Shown: positions 1 through 12,382 of the stretch, piece after piece | How the letters are laid out: the number at the start of each line of letters is the position of its first letter | Numbering within the stretch: the stretch's first letter is position 1 | NCBI RefSeq assembly: GCF_006345805.1 | Contig: NC_042998.1 | Location: 133,982,001-134,046,000, forward strand | DNA from: Octopus sinensis | Lineage: Eukaryota | Direction: 5' to 3' | Length of the DNA: 64,000 nucleotides | The notes under the pieces: generated by a model | The model's database searches: none | The model's input: the letters and a program-made list of their open reading frames with translations, nothing else | Told to the model about the DNA's origin: nothing | Position numbers and translations under genes: made by a program

Positions 1-508
1 TTGTAAGAAAAACATTTTTAATATTCTTCAGACATATTGACGCAAATATATATATTTTTTAACCATTAAGCCTTCTGTAGTTTTTTCACTTTTTACTATT
101 TTATATCTTCAGAAGCGAGAGGAAGCCGAAAGGGTATGCTCCCACTTTCAGTGTTTTCAAATCCAAACCAGGGAGTTCTGAGCTGATGATAGAAATGTCG
201 TGTTGACTAATCTTGAAACGTACGTTCTCAAATAACCTTTGCACTTGATTTTTTAATGTCTCTACCCCCATATTTGCGTGAGTTGAATTGAGCAAACACT
301 ATATGAGAGAGGTTTTCTTTAAGTATTAGAAATAGTTTTAAAAAAGTTTTTTGGCTGCTATTTCTAATGAGTTCAGTATGCGGCAAAGTAATTTATTTTA
401 CTAAGCCCTTTTATATAATGTAATAATTTGAATTCGCCTTAAGTGGTCCCTTTGCATACTGAATACTTGGTGAAATTGATTAATTAATTAATTTACCCTC
501 AATTGTTG

Positions 509-550
<42 letters not shown>

Positions 551-555
551 ATATG

Positions 556-586
<31 letters not shown>

Positions 587-593
587 ATATAGC

Positions 594-648
<55 letters not shown>

Positions 649-654
<6 letters not shown>

Positions 655-826
655 ATCTCGTGACCGACCAGACCATCAGATGTTGCTACACATCGCTGGT
701 CACAATGCGTTCGCATTGTTTTAGCCTTCGAACGACGCCACCCCGCTGGCTAAGCGAGCAGGCCAACAGAAGAAAGTGGGAGAAAGAGTGGTGAAAGAGT
801 GCAGCAGGGATCACCACCCCCTGCCG
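649..826 (-). mobile_element. SINE family B, 3' half (5'-truncated)
   Basis: High identity to 1535-1700 (cgtgaccgaccagaccatcagatgt...caatgcgttcgcattgttttagcc...gagtggtgaaagagt); flanked by (TA)n. Confidence 0.8.
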
Positions 827-1003
827 CTTGACAGCCGATGTTGGTGTGTTTACGTCCCCGTAACTTAGCTTTTAGGCAAAAGAGACCAATAGAATAAGTA
901 CTGGGCTTACAAAGACTAAGTCCTGGGGTCGGTCTGCTCGACTAAAAGGCGGTGCCCCAGCATGGCCGCAGTCAAATGACTGAAACGAGTAAAAGAGTAA
1001 AGA
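824..1003 (+). mobile_element. SINE family C, 3' part
   Basis: Ends ggcggtgccccagcatggccgcagtcaaatgactgaaacgagtaaaagagtaaagag, the same tail as the family C copy ending at 51312. Confidence 0.75.
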
Positions 1004-1088
1004 GTGTATAAAATATATATATATATGTATATATTAGTATGTATGTATGAATGAATATATGGGTATATACGCGCACACACATACACAC

Positions 1089-1175
<87 letters not shown>

Positions 1176-1416
1176 TGCCTAGATGTGCATATGTTAAATT
1201 TATGTTATATGTAACTGAGTGTTCGTGTACAAGCATACATGTGTGTCTCTGCATATGCATATTTGTATATGCATATGTGTATGTATATGAGTGTGTATAT
1301 ATGCAAATAACTAAATAAATGTATTTAGGTATGTGTGTGTATGTTTATATATATATATATATATGATATATGTATGTATATGTATATATATATATATATA
1401 TGTGTGTGTGCGTGTA

Positions 1417-1456
<40 letters not shown>

Positions 1457-1534
1457 TGTGTGTGTGTATGTATGTATATGTATATATGTATATATATTTA
1501 TGTATATATGTATATACATATGTGCATATATATA

Positions 1535-1827
1535 CGTGACCGACCAGTCCATCAGATGTAGTTACACATCGCTGGTCACAATGCGTTCGCATTGTTTTAG
1601 CCTTGGAGTGACGCCACCCCGCTGGCTAAGCGAGCAGGCTAACAGAAGAAAGACTGGGAGAAAGAGTGGTGAAAGAGTACAGCAGGGATCACCAGCCTCT
1701 ACCGGAGCCTCGTGGAGCTTTTAGGTGTTTTTGCTCAATAAACACTCACAACGCCCGGTCTGGGAATCGAAACCGCGATCCTACGACCGCGAGTCCGCTG
1801 CCCTAACCACTGGGCCATTGCGCCTCC
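1535..1827 (-). mobile_element. SINE family B, full length, tRNA-derived head
   Basis: Minus strand begins GGAGGCGCAATGGCCCAGTGGTTAGG (A-box-like) ... GGTTTCGATTCCC (B-box-like); body shared with 649-826 and 22378-22494. Confidence 0.85.
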
Positions 1828-1842
1828 ACACACACACACACA

Positions 1843-1941
<99 letters not shown>

Positions 1942-2732
1942 ATATGTATGTATATGTATATATATATATATCCTCGGCAGACAACCGGTGATTCTCAGAG
2001 ACACACACACATGCATACGCTCTGATAGTTTCGTTTACTGTTGGTCATCGCTTATAACATAAACGTAATAAACAACACACACAAAAAATATTGTTGCCAT
2101 AGTGACTAGCTACGTTTCTGCTGTTCACAATGGCACTACTTCCGGCTATTAGATTTCTCTCTCTTTTTATAGCTGTTGTTTTTACCTTCGTCGTCTTTAC
2201 TCTTGAAATTTGTTCCAGTTGCCAATGTCAACGTTGCCTCGTAATGCTTTTATTTTTCATTATACACATTATGTGTGGACAGTATGCATGCTTGTAGCGC
2301 TGTCTATACGTGGCTGTATACTTCTACGTACATATATACACGCACACATACGTATGCACTCGCACACACACAAACACAATACAAAGATGTGTATGTACGC
2401 ATTTTTCTTTTTTCATGAATGTATGTGTGTATGTGAGTGCGCGTGTGTGTGTGTTTGCGTATTTATATGCACATTTTTGAGTGTTTGTGTTTCTGTATGT
2501 GTACATAAATGTTTAGTATGTGTATGAAAGAGAGGGAAAGTGAGAGAGAGTGGGAGAGACAGAGAGAAGGAGAGAAAGAGAGAAGGAGAGAAAGAGAGAA
2601 AGAGAGAAGGAGAGAAAGAGAGAGGAAGAATACTCAAAAACTACTGTAAAGGTGTCTTAAGCTCCTAATATGTCTGCCAGTAGGATTCAATTCATAATTG
2701 TTTCCCCTCTTATACCACATACACTTAATCTC

Positions 2733-3045
2733 TGGTTGAAGTCAATAAATGACTAGAGCCTTTAATAATCCAGTCAGTATATTTTATATCATTGACATAC
2801 GTTGGATATATAAATTAATGAAGCGGAGGTTAATCAATGTGTTTACACGACGTACTTCACAAGACTACCAAAACGCCCTGTCACGACTACTCCCGACCTC
2901 TACTCTTTATAAGAGTTCGGCTAGTCCATTCTTCCAATCTCCCAGGGGTGTCAATGACTCTAGCCACAACACTTCCACCTTTGAGATTGTCTTTCTTTGG
3001 AAGTTAATATTATCATTTTTATTTGTTTATTTTTCTTTCATCACA
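2733..3045 (-). mobile_element. Probable 3' LTR of the Gypsy element
   Basis: Minus strand starts TGTGATG immediately after polypurine tract AAAAAGGGAGA (3056-3046) downstream of the integrase. TTATAAAG inside. Left boundary (..TCAACCA) uncertain because no second LTR is present for comparison. Confidence 0.55.
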
Positions 3046-6000
3046 TCTCCCTTTTTGAGATTTTTCTCCTAGGGAAGTTTAATATTTCTTCCGTTTAGAC
3101 ACTACTTCCAGCCGTTCTGTTTGTTTCCTCTTTCTTGTGCTGCTACGACTAGGTTCGATTTCTTATGGCGTTGGAACATGTAAGATGTCATAGAACACTT
3201 CCATGGGCATCACTTTTCTTTTTTCCATATATCTAGTTTTTGCCTGGTTTAAATGCCTTTGTTCCCATTTTCGCCTCTTATTATCATATATGTCATTTTG
3301 CCTATTCTTTTTGTTACTACTTCGTCTGCCCAACCTTGTCTTTCACTTTTATATATTTTGAAAAACGCCTTGTCATCGATATTAAAAAACTTTGTCGTAT
3401 TTTTAGCGTTTTCCCTATTTGTTTTTCTTACTGGTAGCAGCTTGTCAAAATCTGACTTTATTTTTCGAGCAAACCTTAGTTTAGCAGACGACTTGCCTGA
3501 AAAAGCATCTGGGTTTGGTGTTATCCTATAAACCCTCAAGAAGTGTGCCAATGCTGCGTCATCGACTAGTACCTTTCTTGATTTCTTTAATGTTCTTTTA
3601 AATGTATCCACGAACCTTTCCACTTTCCCGTTAGATCTTTGGTGATATGGAGAAGTAGTAATATGTTCAATTGAGTACATCTTGCAAAAATTCTTAAATT
3701 CAGTCGCCATGAATTGTGTGCTGTTATCGGAGATTATGGTATCCGGGACACCATACCTAGCAAAAAGTTCGTGTAGAAATTTGACTGTTATCGTGGATGT
3801 CGGTTTGCTACATTTACACATTTCTGACCCCTGTGAGATAATATGAACGGTTTAACGGTCCTGCGAAGTCTATGTGTAGTCTGGATCATGGAATATCGGT
3901 CTTGGGCTAGGGTTGAAATTTTATAGGTGGTGATTTCTCGGCAAAGGCACACGCTCTGTAGGATTTTACCAACTTCTCAATAACTAGATCTATTTTTAAC
4001 TAGTAAATGTAACTCGTCATAAGTGACTTCATTCTAGAAATTCCTAGATGTCCAGTGCGGAATTCCTTTAACATTCGACTTTGTAGTGAGGTAGGCATTA
4101 CGACCCTCTGTGCATGCATAAGAACATTATCACATATCGAATACAGATTCGAAACTGTGTTACATCCAGCCACACGTATTTTTCTTATTTGTTTCTTCTG
4201 ATCTTACTATATTTTTATTTTTATGACAAACTCGTCCGTTTTCTGCCTTAATTTTTATTTCCTCCAATTTCACAAGCAATTCGTGCACAACATTGTACAA
4301 TATATGTTTTTTATTTCACTTTCGGCTTTTACGCCACTATCACTGTGTCTTCTAGTGGTTCACTGTATTTTGGTATTAATCTTAACTCCATATCCCAATT
4401 TTTTCGATGGCAAATGCTCCATCTTAAAGTCGTAATTCAGTAGGATCGTTCCCCAGTACTACAATATGTTGGCTGTATGAGTGAGGATACCCTTTTTTGA
4501 TTCATAGATCGACAATGGGCGGTGATCTGTCTGCAAATGAAACCTTCCTCCATGTAAGAATTTATGGATTTTTTTCCTCCTTTTCTATTTGACTGTAACT
4601 TTTCTCAGCCAGCAATAAAGACCACGAGGCTTTCAGGCTACCATCTTCATACTCATGTAAAATCACAGTTCCGATACCACTTTCACTAGCATCTGCTGCC
4701 AGTACTCTTTCTAAGTTCGGTTCAAAATGTGATAACGACAATTCCGACGTTAAGAGGTTTTTAATCTTTTCAAAAGATTTTGGGCATTTTCCCGACCATT
4801 TCCACTTAACGTCTTTTTTTAACAAGTTATTCAGGGATGTCCTTCAATCGTGCATATTCAGTATGTATACCTGGTAGTAATTTGCAAACCCCAAAAATGC
4901 TTGTAACGTTATAATGTTTGTTGGGAGAAGCATATTTTTTATTTCACTCGCCCTCGACGGGTTTGGTATGCGGCTATTTTCATCAATAATCTGCCCAAGG
5001 TATTTTATTCTTGGCATAAAAATGTCACACTTTTCCTCGCTGAGCTTAAAACCATACTCTTTTATTCTTTCGAAAACCTTTTTAACATGCTCAGCATGCT
5101 GGCCTCGGGATTCACTTTTTATGAGTATGTCGTCAAGGTAAGCTACAGCGAAATCCAAACCTGCGAGTATAATGTCCATAATTTGTTGGAAAAATGCCAG
5201 GTGCTACCTTTATACCAAAGGGGAGCTGATTAAATTTATACAACCCTTACGAGTATTTATTGTCAATAATTTTTAACATTCCTCATCTATTTTTACCAGC
5301 AAATATTCTTTTGAAAAAGATTTTCTTCCGTTCAACTTCGCGAACATTTCTCCCGGACTAAGTAACGGATAATTATATGGCATCAAACATTCGTTTAATC
5401 CCGCTGAGAAATCAGCGATTGTTTTGTTTTCTTTTACATAAATTTTTGGGGACGCCTATTTGAAGTAATCAATATTTTTAATAACGCCAAGCTTTTCAAG
5501 TCTATCAAATTCTTCGTTGACTTATTTCAACGCTGCGAAAGGTACCGTTCGTTTAGGTTTAAATACTGGTATAGCGTTTTCTTTCTCTTGAAATTTCGTC
5601 TCTGTTTTGGTGCAAAGATCTAATTCCTCAGAAAAACTCCAGGAAATTTTTTAAATTCTTTTTTTAAATCCTCCAACGCCTTATTTTTTACTGGCAGAAG
5701 AACCATTCACATTTTTACTAAAAATATTTATAGGGAGGTCCCATAAGTTAAATAGTTCCATCCAGTCTGTTCCAAATAAATTTGTCGTAGTTTTCAATAC
5801 AAAAACTTTGGCTTTCAAGGATTTCCACGAAATGTAACATCACTTATCATTTCGCCCATAAAATGCAATTTTTTTCCTGAAACACCTCGCACAATTTTCG
5901 AAGTTTCCTTTAATCTAGGGTTCCCTATTTTTCTCCATATATCTGTATTAATTATTGAGATATCGCTTCCTGTATCCAATTGTAACTTGATATTCACATT

Positions 6001-6997
6001 ATTCATTTTTATGGACACAAATTTCCTTTTCTGAGCTTCAGGTTTGGATTTTTTAAACTATACATTCTTTCTAGAATATGTTTTTGTTTCACCCATTTTT
6101 TTTTCGCTATACAATGCGAACTCTTATGTCCGAATTTTCCACAATCAATACATTTACAATTTTTAAAAGGACAATTACTTTTAAAATGTAAACTTCCGTA
6201 CCCATACCATGGATTCGTTCTTTTTTTTTCCTTATCTGTTTCAGGACGATACGCGTGTATCTGAGAGTAATCTTTTTCTTCAATTTTATCTGCGACATGC
6301 CTTAAATTTATAATCCTCTGGCATTCTTCAGCCACTGCCTGTAGAGTTAATTTTTAGTCCTGTTCTAATTTTGTTAATATACGAGAACGTATATCAGCAT
6401 CTTTTCTTGCTATTAACCCTTGAACAGAAGTTAGACATTTGAGCAAATCCATGGTTAATTCCTTTAATTTGAATTTTCACCCTCTCTGTTAACCATCCCA
6501 GCATAGGGGACGAAATCTTCATCATCTTTAACTAAATCTAAACATTGCCAACGAGTATTGAACAGGGAACTTCCTTCACTGAAAATTCTCGATAACAAAT
6601 TAACTGTTTTATAGAAACAAATTTCACTTGGTTTCTTCGGCAGACTATACTTACAGTATTTTTCGTGTTTGACAGGGGTTAACTTTCTTGAAAGTAGACA
6701 CACCTTCTCGTCATTCCAATTTTTACATTCTTCTTTGAAGATTTCTTCGAATTTTCTAAATATGCAGAAAAAGTAGTACATTGTCCTGGATTATAAATAA
6801 GTTCTCCAATTGAATTTTCTTCAACATCACTTCCAGTAACTGTTGGTATTGTTGTTGTTGCTGTTGTAGATGTTGTTGTAACTGCTATTGTTGCTGTTGT
6901 AGTTGTTGTAATTGCTGTTGTTGCTGTTGTTGTTGTTGTTGTGTTGTTGTTGCTGTTGTTGTTGCAGCTGCACCACGCAAGTCAACAAATTTTCCAT
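3046..6997 (-). mobile_element. Decayed Ty3/Gypsy LTR retrotransposon internal region (gag-PR-RT-RNaseH-IN), many stops and frameshifts
   Basis: Gag (FEEIFKEEC..SSLFNTRWQCL; knuckle CIDCGKFGHKSSHC), protease LQLDTGSDISII (~5960), RT FAVAYLDDILI (~5140), RNase H LAADASESGIGTVI (~4690), integrase FARYGVPDTIISDNSTQF and SPYHQRSNGKVERFV (3249-3821). Domain order PR-RT-RH-IN is that of Gypsy. Confidence 0.93.
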
Positions 6998-7555
6998 GTT
7001 AAGCAATTTTTTTCTGTGGTGGTTGTGGTGGTGGTGGTGGTATTGATGATACTGGTGATGTTGATAGTGGTTGCAATGTTAGTGGTTGTGATAGTGGTTG
7101 GAAAATGGTTATATAACTATTCAGTTGTAGTACTTGCAGTAACTATGTGGTGGTGGTGGTGGTGGTGGTGGTGGTGGTGATCGTCGTCGTCGTCGTCGTT
7201 GTCGTGATTTTCGTGTTGCTTACTATTGTTGACCCTGTCAATTGACATGTTGGCAATTAATGGTGGTCAATGCAGTAATGAGGAAGATGTGTCGGGGGCA
7301 TTCGTAGTGATGATAACTATTGACAGATGTGGATGATGGCAGCGGTGTTGTTGGTATACGCGGTTGCTGTGGTGTTGGTAGTAGTGGTGTTGGTGATGGC
7401 GGTGGTTGTCGTGGTCGTGGTTGTCGTGGTCGTGGTTGTCGTGGTCGTGGTCATCGTGGCGGTCGTGGTGGTCGTGGTGGTGGTGGTGGTGGTGGTCGTG
7501 GTGGTGGTGGTGGTGGTGGTAGTGGTGGCGGCGGCGGATGTGGTAGCAGTGGTTC

Positions 7556-7591
<36 letters not shown>

Positions 7592-8500
7592 AAGCAGCAG
7601 CAGTAGTTGAGGTGGATATCCTTATTGTGAAGTTGGCGAGAGACGGTAAGGAAGGTGGAAGCCGAGAACGGCTCTGACGTCATAACCAATAAATAATGGC
7701 GTCCCTATTGTTATTATATTCGTTAATCATTTGTCGAGTATAACGATACTTCCACTGTTGACACTGTGGTTTGGTTTTATATAGTAGTACACTGTTGGTT
7801 TTTGTTGTTGTTGTTTTTGCTGCTGCTGCTGCTGTTTTGTTGGTTGCTTAATAGTGTTTGCTGTAGATTTCGGTAGTGGAAATAATGGTTGCAATAAGGT
7901 GTATTTGATGTAATTAGCTGTGTTTTTTTTTTTTACATTATTTTATTACATGAATGTAATTGTTCATATTGATGATAACAATGAATTTCATACTGCCACT
8001 GCGGCTGGTGGTGGTGGTGGTGGTGGTTATAGTGAGATATTGGTGATGATGATGACGACGACGACTACAATGACGACGACTACAATGACGACGACTACAA
8101 TGACGACGACTACAATGACGACGACTACAATGACGACGACTACAATGACGACGACTACGATGATGATGATGATGATGATTATGATGATAATGATGATGAT
8201 GATGATGATGATGACGATGATGATGATCATGATCAGGATGGTGTTGATGTTGATTTTTCATGGTGATAGTTGTTGGGTATGAAAGGATATAGTGGCTTCT
8301 GATGTTTCTGTTGGTAATGGCAACGCTTATGGTGATAGTAGTAGTAGTGGGGGGAGTAGACTTTGTTATTGTTCGTTTTAATAAATTCGTTTATCATAGT
8401 TTCTAATGAATGAGGATGATGATGATGATGAGGAGGAGGAGGAGGGGGGATGGCGGCGGCGGTGGCGGTGGTGACGGTGATGATAACGACGACGATGACG
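6840..8500. repeat. Compound trinucleotide low-complexity block (GTT, GGT, GTC, TAG, GAT)
   Basis: Directly visible runs; they generate the poly-V/poly-T/poly-H ORFs in the track. Confidence 0.9.
8056..8160. repeat. 15-bp minisatellite TGACGACGACTACAA, about 7 copies
   Basis: Exact units at 8071, 8086, 8101, 8116, 8131; imperfect units at 8056 and 8146. Confidence 0.9.
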
Positions 8501-8971
8501 ACAATGAACACAGCAGTACTGCCACTAGCCTGGCGAGGGGAAAAGTTTATAGAAGCTGAATATTTTGGAAATGTCTTTTCCATGTATCTCATATCCCTCT
8601 CATACAACGAAATACTAAAATATTATCCCCTAATTTCACAGATATCAATGCAAACGAATCGCACTATCCCAGCTTAAAACGAGCAAATCACCCTTTCTAC
8701 CATTCATATCTACACCACATAAACTCATTCGAAACTTTTTTCATTTGTAAGACATACACACACACACATCATGCATGCACATTTTTCATTGTACACTAGG
8801 ATGGTGGACTTAATGTTGGGTGATTAAGGTAAAATAAAAAATGTTAACGTGAATCACAAAACACCTGAAGTAGGTTGGAGCGAACAAGAGCCGAAACATA
8901 GTGAAAGCAACAATCAAGATGAAGACACCAGTACCATTAATATAATATAAATTAATATAAACTGCGTACAT

Positions 8972-9651
8972 GGCGGCGAGCTGGCAGAAACGTTAGCAAG
9001 CCGGGCGAAATGCTTAGCAGTATTTCGTCTGTCTTTGTGTTCTGAGTTCAAATTCCGCCGAGGTCGACTTTGCCTTTCATCCTTTCGGAGTCGATTAAAT
9101 AAGTACCAGTTACGCACTGGGATTGATATAATCGACTTAATCCCTTTGTCTATCCTTGTTTGTCCTCTCTGTGTTTAGCCCCTTGTGAGTAGTAAAGAAA
9201 TAGGCATTTCGTCTGCCGTTACGTTCTGAGTTCAAATTCCGCCGAGGTCGACTTTGCCTTTCATCCTTTCGGGATCGATTAAATAAGTACCAGTTACGCA
9301 CTGGAGTCGATATAATCGACTTAATCCCTTTGTCTGTCCTTGTTTGTTCCCTCTGTGTTTAGCCCCTTGTGGGTAGTATAGAAATAGGTATTTCGTCTGC
9401 CGTTACGTTCTGAGTTCAAATTCCGCCGAGGTCGACTTTTCCTTTCATCCTTTCGGGGTGATTAAATAAGTACCAGTTACGCACTGGGTCGATATAGTCG
9501 ACTGATTAAGTCTGTCCTTGTTTGTCCTCTCTGTGTTTAGTAAAAAAATAGGCATTTCATCTATCGTTACGTTAAATTAAGTACCAGTTGCGTACTGGGA
9601 TCAATCTAATCGACTGGTCCCCTCCCAAAAAATTTCGGGCTTGTGCTTAAA
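8972..9651 (+). mobile_element. SINE family A tandem array: one full copy plus about 3 headless units
   Basis: Head GGCGGCGAGCTGGCAGAAACG and GAGTTCAAATTCC (Pol III A/B-box-like); core GCCTTTCATCCTTTCGGGGTCGAT..AAGTACCAG; units restart at atttcgtctg after ..agaaatagg (9204, 9388; period 184). Confidence 0.9.
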
Positions 9652-9998
9652 CAGTGTACATGATATAAATTTTTCATCTCAGAAATAGAGAATTGGTAGA
9701 GTTAATGTTGTGGTAGAGTTATTCTGAAGTCCGGCATAAACCACCACCTAAAATCTCAGTTGCTTTCAGTAGAGCCCACTCTATTGCAACGTTTCAGGCC
9801 TCTTCACCGGTTTGAGGACAACTTCCTCAGTTCCGTCAACCTAGAAGGCCCTGTGAAGGATCATGGACACTACTCTCCTTCCTGATAAAAATTTAAAAGA
9901 AACATACATGCTTAAGGAATATGTATTCTTCTTATTTATACTAGATACACATTTCTCTCAGGGTCGACGGCACATGTGCAAACCAGCTTCTCAATATA

Positions 9999-10209
9999 CA
10001 GGGTGTCCATAAATGACCTTTACAATTTGAAAAATTCAAGGGAAAAATTGAAAAATAAAGATAACTAATCAGAGTTTTAGGGATGACGTACCATCTCGAT
10101 GAAAAGAAATAGTCGATTGCCAGTGGTGCAAAGAAGTTGATTGATGGATCTCAACCGTAATAGATACGGTTAATAGTGGAAGTTGTAAAGATAATATATG
10201 GACACCCTA
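9999..10209. mobile_element. Tc1/mariner-type MITE, 211 bp
   Basis: ~30-bp imperfect TIRs (cagggtgtccataaatgacctttacaatt / agttgtaaagataatatatggacaccct) flanked by TA on both sides (9997-9998, 10210-10211). Confidence 0.75.
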
Positions 10210-10425
10210 TATATGACTAGGCCTTGAGAAGAAGGAAGAGAACATTTTTATTATATAAATACTAATTTGTAACACAGTCACAAGGCTTCAAATGTAGGGA
10301 AAAGTTACCGTCCATTATATCTACCCGTATTTCATTGAATAATATTTTATTAACCCTGAACGAATAAATCTGAGATTTGAATTCAGAACGCAAAGATGCA
10401 TAACTAAATATTGGTATCAAATATT

Positions 10426-10623
10426 GAGCAAGGCCAGCAATTTCAGAGGAAGGGATGGGTCGATTACACCGATCCCAGTGTTCAACTTGTACTTATTTTA
10501 TCGACCCCGAAAGGATAACAGGTAAAGTCGACCTCGGCGGAATTTGAACGCAGAACATGAAGACAGACGAAATGCTGCTAAGTATTTTGCTCGGCGCGCT
10601 AATGAGTCTGCCAGCTCGTCGCC
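10426..10623 (-). mobile_element. SINE family A copy
   Basis: Reverse complement of family A head and core (gtcgacctcggcggaatttgaac..ctgccagctcgtcgcc). Confidence 0.85.
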
Positions 10624-11383
10624 TTCGTGCATAACTAAATATTGCTGGGTGTTTTGTCTGACATTATAAATATTACAATGACATTATTTTTAGTTGTGTT
10701 ATATGTCAAATAATTAATAAGAAAAATAATCACTTTCAACAACGTTTGTTAATAACGCTAAACATGTTCAATACATAATGTATACTTTGTTCTATGCACG
10801 TTATGCGTGTGAATCAAGATGTAATGATATTGTCAAAAGATCAGAGCTAAAATACTTCCTATACATTAGAATATGATTATAAAAGAATAATAAAGTTGAG
10901 GGATGAAAATTTATCGTATTAAACGTGGTCCTAAAGACACGTAGTCTCCGTCCACAATGAGAAATATCCCTCGAGAAAACTGAACTTCAGGGCTTTTTAT
11001 ATGTCCACCACAACTTCCTAGGATGTTCTAGCAAGCCTTTAGGCGCGAAAATTAATCTTATCTTTTTGCTGTTACCGCCTGTTACGAACTGATATCAAAG
11101 ATGAATGGTTGGATGTTTCCAACTGCAATGCTATTATTCACCAGAGGCAATTATCTCTAGTCAGTATATCAGTCAATTCTGATTGAGTGGACCTAAGGTC
11201 AGACATTTCAACCGTTTCTATTCCATCATTTCCCAAGATACAGACCACCCAGGACCAAACTAATCAATGTCCCATTCTTTTCTAAAACAATGGGGTGTAA
11301 TATGAGAGGGGGGGTTCTAACTGCTAATTCCTATAGGTCAAGCAATTTTGCAAACGCTCACTTATTGATTCAATATTGCTTCA

Positions 11384-11416
11384 GTGGTGGTGGTGGTGGT
11401 GGTGGTGGTGGTTGTG

Positions 11417-11460
<44 letters not shown>

Positions 11461-11580
11461 TAGTAGTAGTTGTTGTAGTAGTAGTAGCAGTAGTAGTAGT
11501 AGTAGTAGCAGTAGTAGTAGTAGTAGTAGTAGCAGCAGCAGTAGTAGTAGTAGTAGTAGTAGTTGTTGTTGTTGTTGCTG
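11384..11580. repeat. (GGT)n/(TAG)n/(AGC)n/(GTT)n compound microsatellite
   Basis: Directly visible. Confidence 0.9.
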
Positions 11581-12174
11581 AGAGTACTGTATGTTCGTGA
11601 CTGTATTTGCTGAGGCTGCTAAGAGCATCCATACCAATCGGGTACTAATTACAGTTGCATGCAGCTGCTGTTGCTGATGTAGTGGAAGCAGGTGCTAAGT
11701 CTACCAGCACAGCTAACGACAATGTTGGTAAGGTTATCTCACGATACCCATCTTCTCTCTCTCTCAAATATACGCGTACACGCATGCAACTGCAATCACA
11801 TGCATGCATCTAAACATACATGTGCATAGATATACATAGATACATTCAGACAAACACACACACACACACACATATATATGGTGTACAACAATGCACACAC
11901 ACACACACACACAAACTTACACAATACACACACACTCACACACATGCACAAATGCACACTCACATTCGCATACAAACGTATATGATAGAATCAGGTATAT
12001 GCAAAACTAAACGGATAATATTAAACTGGAGTTCACGATACAAACGAACACTTAACGTCAAACTAATCGACGCAAGAGCATACATCCAGCGACGTAGACT
12101 CATAGACGCATGCGCACATACGTGTATGTGGGTGAGTGAGAGTGTGTGTGTATACACGCGCATATATATATACG

Positions 12175-12211
<37 letters not shown>

Positions 12212-12255
12212 GTATGCACATATATATCTGTACATATATATGTGTATAGTACATA

Positions 12256-12309
<54 letters not shown>

Positions 12310-12343
12310 AGAGAGAGGGGGAGGGAGAGAGAGAGATAGAAAG

Positions 12344-12382
<39 letters not shown>

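Noticed and set aside
101-295. 64-aa ORF at the window start
   Set aside because: Short, no recognisable domain, no convincing splice context.
1760-1827. tRNA gene (also other SINE heads, e.g. 34878, 50715)
   Set aside because: A/B-box-like motifs continue into SINE bodies and I could not form a full cloverleaf; treated as tRNA-derived heads.
7320-7677. Gly/Arg-rich and poly-Val ORFs
   Set aside because: Products of GGT/GTC/TAG trinucleotide repeats; open in several frames.
7674-7710. TGACGTCA, CCAAT and AATGGCG cluster as a promoter or Gypsy PBS
   Set aside because: Wrong strand for the PBS of the minus-strand Gypsy, no LTR-terminal CA, and short motifs alone are insufficient.
8972-9651. 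CRISPR-like or retrozyme-like array
   Set aside because: Units are SINE bodies without unique spacers, and I found no CUGANGA/GAAA core on either strand.
9785-9815. tgaagaggcctgaaacgt on the minus strand as an HHR
   Set aside because: Core reads GGUGAAGA and there is no room for stem II; at most a heavily decayed relic.
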